This document shows, in pieces, positions 49,789 to 61,700 of a stretch of 64,000 nucleotides of DNA (positions within the stretch are counted from its first letter, which is position 1; each line of letters opens with the position of its first letter). Both the position numbers and the translations under genes were made by a program. The notes beneath the pieces were generated by a model. It saw nothing but the letters and a program-made list of their open reading frames with translations. It was not told the origin of the DNA and ran no database searches. Location: NCBI RefSeq assembly GCF_964194025.1, contig NC_134471.1, positions 42,842,001-42,906,000 of the forward strand, read 5' to 3'. The DNA is from Convolutriloba macropyga. Lineage: Eukaryota.

Positions 49789-51396
49789 AACCAATCTCTG
49801 ACCAGGAAGCATTTTTCGTTGAAGTATCAGTTCCACCCGCACACACTGAGACCCCAGAATCAGTTGACACCGAAAACTGCAGTTTCTCAGCACAAAGCAA
49901 TTTTTCTCAAAAGGAAGCACAATTTGGAGCAATCCGTCCGCACAACCTATCCAGAGGAGACCACCTAGCGTTAGCACGCTAGAACTCAGTCTACAACACG
50001 CTACAACTAAAACAGGATGAAGAACCAGCGGTTGCGGTGATCACCTTTTTTCCACTAGACCCTTACACAAAACCCGAACTCCACAAATAGATGCACAAAA
50101 CGACGACTCGGATTAAGCAGAAAATCGGTCAAACAGACACAGAGAGCCTCCGGGATACAAACATAAATAGCCATGATTTGTGGCAAGACTTCGACATCTC
50201 ATTAGACCCCAACTACATGCCTATAGTCAAAACAAACACTACTCTCCATACGAATCAGGAGATTACACAACGGGCTTCACAAATACCGAAACAAATCCAT
50301 CAGAAAACTTTTTGACGATGAACGACGCTACAGTCATTGTTCTAACCAAAATCAGACACAGAACCCAAATAACAGCTCTTGGACCGACGAGCTTGAATTC
50401 ACTGTACCAGAAGACACCCATTTCCTGAGCTCATTACCCATTTCACAAAGAGTTTCTAAAAGAGAACTCCGTGACCTCGGACCAAATATAAATCAACGAA
50501 GACGAGTAGTACCACTAACCCTTCAACGGAAATCTTCATCAAACACTTGCATTCGATGAGTCACAACATACTCAGTGATTGGCAATACTACTACTAGTGT
50601 TGTGACTCATCGAATGCAAGTGTTTGATGAAGATTTCCGTTGATCTCTCCACGGTGAAGGGTTAGTGGTACTACTCGTCTTCGTTGATTTATATTTGGTC
50701 CGAGGTCACGGAGTTCTCTTTTAGATACTCTTTGTGAAATGGGTAATGAGCTCGGGAAATGGGTGTCTTCTGGTACAGTGAATTCAAGCTCGTCGGTCCA
50801 AGAGCTGTTATTTGGGTTCTGTATCTGATTTTGGTTAGAACAGTGACTGTAGCGTCGTTCATCGTCAAAAAGTTTTCTGATGGACTTGTTTCGGTATTTG
50901 TGAAGCCCGTTGTGTAATCTCCTGATTCGTATGGAGAGTAGTGTTTGTTTTGACTATAGGCATGTAGTTGGGGTCCAATGAGATGTCGATGTCTTGCCAC
51001 AAATCATGGCTATTTATTTATGTTTGTATCCCGGAGGCTCTCTGTGTCTGTTTGACCGATTTTCTGCTTAATCCGAGTCGTCGTTTTGCGCATCTATTTG
51101 TGGAGTTCGGGTTTTGTGTAAGGGTCTAGTGGAAAAAAAGGTGATCACCGCAACCGCTGGTTCTTCATCCTGTTTTAGTTGTAGCGTGTTGTAGACTGAA
51201 TTCTAGCGTTCTAACGCTAGGTGGTCTCCTCTGAATAGGTTGTACGGACGGATTGCTCCAAATTGTGCTTCCTTTTGAGAAAAATTGCTTTGTGCTGAGA
51301 AACTGCAGTTTCCGGTGTCAACTGATTCTGGGGTCTCAGTGTGTGCGGGTGGAACTGATACTTCAACGAAAAATGCTTCCTGGTCAGAGATTGGTT
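49789..51396. repeat. Internal inverted duplication: arms 49789-50568 and 50598-51396, 29-bp spacer
   Basis: Mirror-image ORFs 50180-50428(+) / 50689-51000(-) and 49653-49982(+) / 51203-51460(-). The arms are complementary with a few percent divergence. Confidence 0.97.
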
Positions 51397-51569
51397 CAAA
51401 CAGTGATTGGCCAAAATATAAAATACACCAGAATCCCAACACCAACCAATTCATTTTCAAAATTTATGCTATTCATAATGAGTTGCCGCAAATCTAAAAA
51501 AACCTTTCTTATTTGCCCACACAATTTATTTCATAACATAACAATTCACATTAACCACCCAGACAAAAA

Positions 51570-53815
51570 ATGGAAGTTTGCATAACTCTTGCGATACTCC
51601 TGAGTTATCACAAAGCTACTCGAAGTCAACCCACAGTCGCCACAAAAGATGGAGTTCTCTGCAATCTTTATCAAAAAAGTCTAACGGAAAAGTTTGTCGA
51701 AACGGAAATTCTCGTCCCTTACCCCAAAAACAAAACAATTGAAGAAAAACTTTTAATTTGGCCAGGGAAATTGAAATAATGTGGACTTCCAAAAATTACG
51801 GATGCCCATTGTACTTTACCAATATGACTGATTCAACAGCTGGACTGTACTGGATAGCACAGCAGACACTGATGGAAAACAAACGATCCCAAGAAGACAT
51901 TGAAAACCTCCGTTTGGAAATGAACACGTTACTAAGGGCAAACAGTCAAACGGGTTCAAAATTACGCCAACCGCGAGGCTCCGCAGCTGCAGCAGCCACA
52001 GTTCTAGGAATTTGAATTGGCTTTGGTGATCAACTGCTTTGCTTCATAAAATATGTCTTTGGCGGATGTGATAAAAGAGTTGCGCGTAATAAAGAAAATA
52101 TAAAAAGGGCAATCAACTACCTTCAATACTCGATTGATCACGTGGAGGAGGTCACTGTACAACACAATGAGAAATTATATGTGTCCGGTTAACTAAAAGC
52201 GATTAAGGAAGCGCAATAGTAAAAGAAAAACAAAACCGTAATTGGGAACTTGCAGAGCCAATTTAAGGTTCTGCAACAGAATGTACATCATATTCGCAAC
52301 TGCATACAAGATCTGTATGTACGAGAGCAAATCAAACAATGCAGCTCAGTCCTGAGTAAAATTTTTTAAACAATTTTGTCGAACATAAAAACATACCGTG
52401 CAGCCTTATACACGTTTCGGATTAATATCCTCAATGCCTTGACTCCACTTATGAACCAACTACTACCAATGTCACTAGTACCACGCGCTCAACTCAACGA
52501 AATTCTGACTATTGTTCATCTGCAGCACTAGATGTGGACTAGATGACCAGTAATCTTTTGCCGTGCCGATTCAAGAGATCCTCTCATACTATGAAACCAA
52601 GTTGAAGCAATCGACTCGGGGATTATTCTAACACTGGCCATCCCCATGGCCTCAAAAATCATTGATGAACGCAATACATGCAATTCTCATCCCAACGCCT
52701 GATTGAGACAGGAAAACCATTAGTTTGGCGTTTGGAAGCCAAATATATGGCCGTCTCTGATGACGGAGGAACAAGAGCTCATCGATAAGACAAGCTTGCA
52801 ATTTGTATTGGGTCCAAAAATTATGCAGAAAGCCATACCAACTGAGCGGATTTACAAATCATGCATTGGTACAATACTTTACCACTACGATGAGCTACTT
52901 GCATTGCAACGCTGTCAATTGGATGTAATAGAGTTATCACTGACTGAAAAAGCGCGCAATCTCGGCTTTGCTCGTTGGTTAATCTCATCGTCGCGCAACG
53001 AATACGCGCTCATCGTAAGCAGTGGGAACTGAAGCAATCCGCTGTTCAGAATTGAGCACTCTGGATGCCAGATTTGCATCATCACTTTAAGATGCGGAAA
53101 AACGCTACGAAAACCAAATGTTCAATTGCGTTCAAATTTAATAGCCTGCGGAAGAGAACCAGCACTACGGCTAACCGGACCCCATTAGTACCAGATTTAA
53201 CCAGCTTCCACCCCTGGATGAACTAATCAGAAGCCCAAATCCAAATTCTACAACAAATTCAACCAGAATTCAAACTAATTGAAAACCGAAGAACGAATAC
53301 ACAATCTATCGAAGACATTGCGCAACCAATATTAGAGCGAATACAAGCTTTCCAATCCGACTTGGAGAACAGATTCCAGCAGTACTTTCCCTGACGACAA
53401 TCGATTCTTTTCGGATTTCTGTCGTTCATAATAAGCGTTCTTCTCCACCTAACATACTCTCACTTACTTCACAAATGGTCAAAGCTACATCGGAGATTCC
53501 CATTAAGGATAACACACGAGGGACGTAAGATCAGGCCAAAACACGTTCAAGTGGTCGCAATCAACGATTACGAATGCATAAAACACCCCGAACATCCGCT
53601 ACATAAATGCTCATTAGTGCTTCCTTTTGAGAATTAAAAATGGATTTGAAAACCAAACAGAGCAAGACTCATCAAAGAACAGCGAACGCCGTACAAATTC
53701 CTCCGTAATTACATTCGACAACTGCGACAAAGCGAAGAAAGAAGTATCACAATATACCCGCAACCGCAGCTGCTCCGTACAAAAAATCCATACATATATA
53801 CCGCCAACAAAATAA
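51570..53815 (+). pseudogene. env: env-like class I viral fusion glycoprotein (F-type)
   Basis: Signal peptide MEVCITLAILLSYHKATRS. Furin-type site RQPR (51965-51976), then hydrophobic GSAAAAATVLGI*IGFGDQLLCFIKYVFGGC. Heptad region NKENIKRAINYLQYSIDHV. LMNQLLPMSLVPRAQLNEIL and IILTLAIPM. Cys-rich segment (SCIG, QRCQ, GCQIC..LRCG). TM ILFGFLSFIISVLLHLTY (~53404-53460), then a cytoplasmic tail. Confidence 0.85.
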
Positions 53816-54174
53816 AAAGTACAAAATTACGTAGCTGAGGTTCCATCACCAAAACATTGAAAAACCCTCACCCTCTTCGCCAGAGATCAATCCAGCTGCT
53901 AATGAGTTTACGCAAAACGGAAGTGATGTCGAACTGTTTCTCCCCGTAGCGCTCTTTACGAAATTGATATCCAAAGCGTTTCTGAAAACAGCTTTCCCCC
54001 TTCGTCCCCAGAAAACAACAGCTAATCAAACACTGAAACAAACACACTGATTCAAACAAACAAAAAAACAATCCAATAAAACTTTCCGACTTGGGAAGAA
54101 AAAAAACGTAACAATGACCGAAGAAACTGACATTTGGACAAGGGTGCGTAATTATGTTGATACTGTGAATCATA

Positions 54175-56100
54175 TTGTACCATCATTTACGCAATTTACA
54201 TCGCAGTTTGCCTAAAAATAGGAAGGACATACATCAATTGTTTTTTAGAAGATTTGTTACCCTAACTGATGGCACAATTGTTATCTGTGCTATTCCCCCA
54301 CCCGTTTTGCTAACACATAAATGCCACTTTAAGCCTACATGGGAGTACTACAATTACATCCGACACTTCATAACAACCTCTGCAGGCCCGTCATTAACTC
54401 ACGATAATTGGGCTTAAATCAACCTAATCAATGACGACCCCTTGATCCCGAAAACAAAGAAGAATTTCGAATTTCGAGGCGCAAAAGATGGACACCTTTT
54501 TTCAATGTGGATTTCAACGTGAAACTCGGGAGTTTTCCAAGAATATATATTACTCTGCAACACTATTACATTCTGGTTAACCTTTTCTAATAATTCTACA
54601 CAAATTGCCCAATTTAAACCAGGTGATATCGAATATACCAGAGTACGATGATTCGTCAAAAGCGGGCAAACCGAGGGAATCAATGGTGAATTTGAAAACA
54701 AATCGGATGAAGAATGTTAACAATGCATCTACACCAGAATATTGTCACCACATACCTGCACGAGGTTTTGACACATGTTACAACACACAAAAAACATTTT
54801 ACAACAAGGGCCATTACTTACAAGAATTGCATGTTTATTATTATGAAAAAGAAATTTTTTTTCTTCGTCAACAATACATTCTTAAATTTAATTACTTGCA
54901 AGTACATGAGCAACACGAAAACGGCAAACTATTGTAGCCCATTCAATTCCCTGACAGTTACACAAAAACGTATAAAACTTAAAACTTGCAAAATTGTGCA
55001 AGGGGCATTACTTAAAATGCAACAATTTTTTACCTTTCCAACTTAAAACCTACTTAGTAATTCATTTTCAATGTCATGAACAATCTGAATAACATCTAAC
55101 GCTCTTTCATTGGTAATGGAAGAGCGGCACTGATTGGCTGACATGTATTTCTACTATCCACTATTTCTAGCACTACCTTATGTCAATTCTCGTAAACAAT
55201 ATTTTCCTAAATCCAACTATTTATACTATTCAGTCGAACATTAGCAGCTCTGTGACACACTTTACAACAAAATTCTTAACTCCATTCTTTATATTGAATT
55301 AACTTTTTGTTACATTCCACGCTTAATAACTTGTTGCCATAACATAAAGTGAAATTGCTCAATACCGAATTTAATACCAAGCTTTACATTTTCCAGTTTT
55401 CTACTCATTTAAATTCATTCCTTACTTAACCACGGTTTAAAACCCTTGTTCCCTCTTCAGTCTTCCTTTCTAGAATATGTAAAATAAAATGACAGATCAA
55501 GACGAAAACATTATCGACTTCGACGGAGGCTGTATACCGCCTATCCTCCCGTTCCCTATGTTTATTTATGTGCACCATGGTCCACCCAACCCAAGGCCGC
55601 TTTAAACTGGCCACCTTTGAGGATTTTATCGTTCATTAAGACGGACCCATATCGTTATATGTTGAATTCATAGAGACAGGAACCTATTACCGCCCCACAC
55701 GTGTCACCTTTAACCCCACATTCCTGGAGTAAAAAATGCCCGATTTTCTTACTAGTTCGATACGATGGAAGGGTTGTTTAAGCAAGACAACCCTTATTAA
55801 CCCCCCAAACTCGCAGTCCCATATTATTATTGCTTCAACCAGTATTAGCGTACATCTGAGTCAGCAGCTACCAAAAACGCAACATCCCTATCTAAATATA
55901 TAGTAACTCCTCATACTGGGAAGCATTAAAACGCATCATCGATTCACATTCAAGTAGCACTATCATCATTTTTAATGACAACCAACCGCTTCTCCCAGAA
56001 AACCATATATCATTTCCATCCCCAGAAAATCTATTCAAACCAAATTAGAGACTTGAATTTATTTGCTAGCTCTCACCTTATTCCAAAACTAATTAATCAT
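54175..56100 (+). pseudogene. Decayed sense accessory ORFs of unknown function inside the Gypsy-env element
   Basis: The frame of 54175-54417 continues through two isolated stops to ~54650. ORFs 54605-54937 and 54714-55046 overlap. From ATG ~55488 a frameshifted ORF reads MTDQDENIIDFDGGCIPPILPFPMFIYVHHGP/TQGRFKLATFEDFIVH*DGPISLYVEFIETGTYYRPTRVTFNPTFLE*KMPDFLTSSIRWKGC. Confidence 0.45.
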
Positions 56101-56118
56101 ATTGTTGGTGATGTTCAA

Positions 56119-57069
56119 TTACCTTACGGTTAAGCCCAAGATGGATCTTTGCGCTGAAGAAATGTCACCTTGAAATCTGTCACTCTGGGCCACACGTTTC
56201 CCAAACCATCGATTGCGAGTTGTATTTGTCCACTTCGACACCATCCGCGCCCCTGTCGAAGCAAGCGACAGCACGTGTCCAGCAACATCAGTGGGGTGGC
56301 GTTCCTCTGCCCACAAAACAACAGCGGAGACTACTTCGGACAACAGACGACAGTGCCTTTTCTCGCACCGATGGCTCAAATTAAGAGGGTTTTTCTTGCA
56401 ACGTCACCATATGTCTCGTCAATAGCCTCCCAATCAGTAACGAGAGACAGGCCCGTAGTCACTGTCAGAACAGCATGAAAACACAAAGTTGGCTGACACA
56501 ACAAGCTATCGCGAGATGGTATATAAAACTAAATATCTCCATCTCGGAACCCAACACTTTTTGGGGCCCCTTCTAATCGTTCCCATGAAGAACTGGGGTG
56601 TAGACATAATCTTTTCCAGAAGCCGAGAAAGGTGCATTGGAAAAGCTTGCATCACCACCAATTTCTATGTGACCGCGTCCACGACTCGTTCCATTGGAAG
56701 ATTGCATCCTGGGTTTTCAGATGAAACCTTTACCCTTTGTGCAATTTGGCTTTGGAATAATCACCAACTGAAAAAGTCCACCCGCTTGACATCGAGAGAA
56801 CAGAATACGGAGACAGCAGAAGAAAAGACAGCTCTGCAAACGTTCAGGCCACTTGATGTTGGCATGACCGGCCCTTCGCCATACAATTGAGCAATCTTCC
56901 GACGCAAGCCCGCCCACGACTTGACGCCAGAACCATCGACTGTTGGCACTTCCGCCAACCCAGTGCTGTCATTTTCTCCCGCCCCAAAACATTTCCTGAA
57001 TTCCTTCACCTGCTCCCGTAATCCCACATTCATCTTTGTGTTGCTTATAATTTTGATATATTTATTCAT
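56119..57069 (-). pseudogene. Decayed antisense accessory ORF (~300 codons) inside the Gypsy-env element
   Basis: Locally GC-richer block. The minus frame MNVGLREQVKEFRKC…RVDFFSW*LFQSQIAQRV…VVDAVT*KLVVMQAFPMHLSRLLEKIMSTPQFFMG runs ~170 codons with two stops. After frameshifts it continues …DWEAIDETYGDVARKTLL…LDTCCRLLRQGRGWC…WPRVTDFKVTF. Confidence 0.55.
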
Positions 57070-57631
57070 ATATTTGTTCCAATGAAGTAATCTTTAAATT
57101 TAATAATCCCCTTTTATAAACAAGGCCTTTTCAGAGCTCTATCAAAGCTCATTTATGATGCAGTACCACAATCATTTTAAGAAAAAAAATAGAATGGCAC
57201 AGCGCCAATACCACAATACCAATTTCCCACAATCCCTCCCTCCATTTATTTTATCAACCCACCAAATATGATAATTCAACTAATTCGATTTACTTTCCAT
57301 TCAAGCCCTCCGATTTTCAAAAGCCGTCCGAAGAAAAGATGAAAGGCACAAACTAGACGCATAGTACCAACCAAAGAAACCCCACTGGAGCCAAGGAGAT
57401 AGAATACAAAAATTCAGGATTCCAAAATGAATTCTTAAGAAAACAGATGAAAAAAAAAACAGAAACCATGAAAAACAAAACTTTAAAATTGCATTTTTAA
57501 GATGAATTGCTCCCAGCATGTTCTTACCCAAAAAACTTAACCCATAGAGCACCCGTAGCACAGTACACTATACCTTTTGTTTTGTATCAGGTAACGGGTT
57601 CGCTCCCCGGCTTCCGCCTTTTTTAGAGAGC

Positions 57632-57908
57632 CGTGGTATCACGCTTTAGCTTTTGATTGGTTGAGAAAAATAGAATATTACACGCAGTAAAATTGTATAA
57701 TTTCAGTTCTTACCACTACACCTCGGTTCAGTCGCTTGTATCAAGCGCCCCCAATAATTTAGAAATTAACTTAGCAGAAATCAGAACGTTTTTACCTTGC
57801 ACCTCGCACTTGGAAAAAGTGGAAAAACTGCAAAATACCGAACAAAAACCGTACTAGAAGGATAAGATCTCCATAGCGAAACCTCCTTAAACAAGGGAGT
57901 ATGCCACA
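57632..57908 (+). repeat. 3' LTR of the env-bearing Gypsy element
   Basis: (C/T)GTGGTAT…ATGCCACA terminal inverted repeat, preceded by a short purine tract agagag and followed by ctac (ctac also occurs at 43793-43796, a possible TSD). Confidence 0.9.
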
Positions 57909-58449
57909 CTACTTAAATTTGTTAGTAAGGCCTAAGCTCCATAAATGCTATCCATTCAATGACCGCAAAACTGTTGAACCGAAAATTTGCGAACACTTGT
58001 AAGAGGCACCATAACTTACTACTTTTCGACTATAGTTCTTGTTAGTGGCATTCGGTTGCAACCCGCATATTTTCAACCTATTAGAAACCCGATACATGGA
58101 AAACAAGTAGCGAAAATCGAGCCTTCTTTGTTTCAGCGTCGTAAGCAATGGCCATGATTCTTGAATTGTAAGAGATGAGATGTAGAATCAAATGAGATTT
58201 CAGACATCCATCGAATATGATCTTAAGATTAAAGTAATACAAACAGGCATTATCTTAATTCACCACAAGCAATATCTTTATTCTCTACAGTCGCTTCAGT
58301 TTCACTTTGTTAAACGTTTTATCCGTTTTCTACAACATAGCTAGTTTTACACGTTGGCAAAGTTTAACCGGCAAACTCTGTACAATAGTTTTAATTGTTG
58401 ATATTTAGAATTATAAACTAATCTTGTCTATATCATCCTATAATTGATT

Positions 58450-61400
58450 CCAATCATGACTGCAGAAAGTTTTTCCAAAGCGGATCTTTATTTATTGCAT
58501 GTTTTATCAAAAATTGCACGAAAACGACAGTCTCACCTCCGAGCATGTGGTAACCGTGAGTGATTTCATTAAAAATTGCCACTCAACACCCACGAAATCT
58601 ACAATACCACCAAAAGCTCAAAACCAAAACGCAAACTCCAGTGTACACGCGTTTTCAAATACGAAAGATTCAACGAAGATTCAAAAACGAGAGAACAGTT
58701 GCAACTATTAGATGGTTGCAATGAACAGTTGTTCATAGGGGACGCGACAAACGCTCTTTTGAAACGAGAAAACAATACGATAAGAGAGCTTACTTTCGGA
58801 TTAATGAAAGCTGTTGTCAGCAAAAAAAAGGCCGAATTCAAAAAACCTGCAAGACTACATTAAAAGAGCAAACAGGGACAAAAACAAAATATTTTCGGCG
58901 TGCAACCTGTTGCGTCAATTGGACCAAAAACTATAATAATTTTACTACGATGTACATATATTTTCAGCAGGGAATTCTTCATAAAAAATGTAGTAGATGG
59001 TCAATTCTCTCAACTTGCAGTAACCTCACTTAATTACCAATCACACATTATTCTCAAAGTTGAAATGAAGCAGGGCTAACACGTTGAAACCGTGGAGGCA
59101 AACATATCAATATACTAATGACTAAGTCATGTAGTTTCTGTTTTTTTAAACTATTTTTCGAGGTGTAATGTAAAGCAATTAGACTTTTCTTGGAGATGTC
59201 AGTTATTGAGCTAATACCTCTGTGTACTACTCACGTACTCGTTATAATTTCAGACAGTTACTTCTGCAAATTTAAAAAAAAATTAAAAAAGGATTTCAAA
59301 AAATAAAAGACACTAATCTCAAAGTAAACTAAAAGACACTCCAACAGCCAAAAAGCGTCTCAACATTCAAATTAATTGTTTTTTTCTGGGTTGTAGCATG
59401 GTAAACCATGTTAAGAATTGCTTCCCCGTCAAAAAGTAAACAGACTAGCAGGACATACTTTGTTGAAAAAACTAACTCTAGACATTGGTTACAACTGTAT
59501 ATTATCTATTACGAGAAACAAGGTTGATAAAAAAACCATTTGGCAGTTTTGGCAAATAGACCAGCAAAACTGTGTTCGTTTCCAAAATATCGCACTACAA
59601 AAGCGAAAGACGAAGGGTGTCAGAAAATAAATTTGCGAAATCTCGTCAAAACACAAAAAAGGATCAATATAAAAAACTACGAAAATTTAACTTTATTTAG
59701 CAAAAAGAATCAAGTTGAATTTACAAAACTGTCACCAAAAAATTTGTTGACGTTTTGAAAAGTTTTCTTTGGCGATGATCGTTGTTTGGCTGGAGGAGGA
59801 TGTGTCAAACTTACTGGAACATATATGTTAACAAGTTTACAAAACGCGACAGATGCCTCCTACAATCTATAATTTTGCCGTAGGGTCTCCAACACTCAAT
59901 ATTGATATTGCTACAAGACGAACTCTTCTTCAACTTTGATTGGTTACATCATCATCATCATCAAAGCAGTAAAAAAGACTCAGCAACACAGACATGATTT
60001 TATAAGGATCAATTATGATTTATATGATCATATGGCAACAATTACCATGTGCAAATTTAAAGTTAGGAACATTAGAAAGAAACAGCATTAAAAAAAACTT
60101 TAAAGAAAAACAAATATAAAAATTTTTTCAGCAACAGTTTCCCAAAATAAAATTAAACATCGCAGCTGGAGACAATTACGGTGGTGTTATGTTAACTCTT
60201 AGGAGTTAATGAGAAAGCTTTGATACTGCATGCTCAAATACTTGAAGACAAGCCAAAACCTCTGCTTCAAGAAAAATGGCTACGCAAGGCAAGGAACAAA
60301 CAGGAACGCAAAAGTCACCGATCGTGAAACTGAAAGCGGTTTTCTTCATCACAAAAAAACTCCAGCTTTCTTGAGTTGAAAAAAGAACAAGTTACATTAA
60401 AGTTTATTCAAGATCTTCGCAAGAAAAGACTGAAACGATTATTCAATCTCTGTTAAATAGTTGTGGTGATATGAAAGACTAAGGAAATTGCAAATATATT
60501 AAATTACAAATTTTTTCTTATGGGACATTTCAACAGCATGCAATTAAGAAACTTACTTCACTGAGAATTGTTCCGGAGAAGTATTCCGTTTTCAGGTAAA
60601 GAACAACAGAGGAAACCAAGTGTTCAAAGATAAAACACTAATAACGTTTCGATCACTCACAAAAAAAACTGCATGCGCAAAAAAGACGCAAAATCAGTTC
60701 TAGTGGAAACCCTGCGTAATCTCATTAATCATTTCAACGCAGAAGAATAGTTTGATAAACATCTCAAAGGGCCTATATAATTCCACTTTTCAAAAGAGCC
60801 AAAACCCCGAAGACTCACTCAATTATAGACCTATTTCAATTACTTCTGTTTTTTCCAACAATTTTTAAACTGAGGTGTTTTGCGTGCAGAAAGAAAAAAA
60901 TTCAATTGATGCATCTTAAAATCTACGAAACAAATAAGATTACAGCTTAATAAGTGGAGAAGAATGAAAGCTGTATTTTATATCTCGCGGGGTCTTCAGA
61001 TTCTATAAACTCCGATCTATTCTTACAAAGATTTAAAAAACTGGATTTTGACGAACACGCTAACAATTTAATTTTTTAAAAAATACGTATAGATCGCAGA
61101 GTTGTCCTAAATAGAATACATTCAGGTTGGCTAATTTTGAGCGGACTTCCACAGGGTACTGTTTTAGGCTATTTAAATACGTGAAATAATTAGCAAAAAA
61201 AATCGTTCTCTTATCCAATATTCAGCTCATACTTTACTTTTTACATCAAAATCATGACAAAAACTAGGCTAGAGTTTGAACATCAAATCAAAAAAACTGA
61301 AAATCCCTTTGCAATGTCCAATTATTGTTGAGCAAACAAAAAACAGTATGTTGAACTCAGCACTAAAAAATATGCCAAATTACGATTTGATTGGGGAAAA

Positions 61401-61700
61401 TCAAAATTTTCAGAATTACCCAGTCTGATGTATCTTGGATATTAATGAGAAACAAGTTTTGAAAATATCGAATAAAAACTAAACAGATAAGACAAAGATT
61501 GCATTACTCAATACAATTATTTTAAGCAAAATACACTACTCAGCTTTACTTTTGTTGGCATTGCAAACAATGTAGATCAAAACTTTGGGAAAACAAATAA
61601 ATTGGAGAAAATGCGCCTTAGGAGAAATTTCGAATCGAGTCACAGATCTCCAAAATTGCGATTGACTATAAATTCATTTTAAACATTTTGTTCTCGATTA
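58450..61700 (+). mobile_element. Highly decayed LINE (CR1/L2-like APE-RT) relic
   Basis: IPLFK…NPEDSLNYRPISITSV (~60780-60850) and GLPQGTVLG (~61143-61169) are non-LTR RT motifs. Upstream fragments 58500-58900 may be ORF1. Boundaries approximate. Confidence 0.7.

Larger units (their letters stand above)
43801..57908 (+). mobile_element. 14.1-kb Ty3/Gypsy-type endogenous retrovirus with env and accessory ORFs (decayed)
   Basis: Homologous LTRs at 43801-44062 and 57632-57908. PBS-like TGGCGACAG at 44063. Gene order gag-PR-RT-RH-IN, then env-like ORF, then extra ORFs. All frames are broken by stops and frameshifts. Confidence 0.92.

Noticed and set aside
50689-51585. Minus-strand ORFs as independent antisense genes
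   Set aside because: They are the mirror image of 49789-50568 produced by the inverted duplication.
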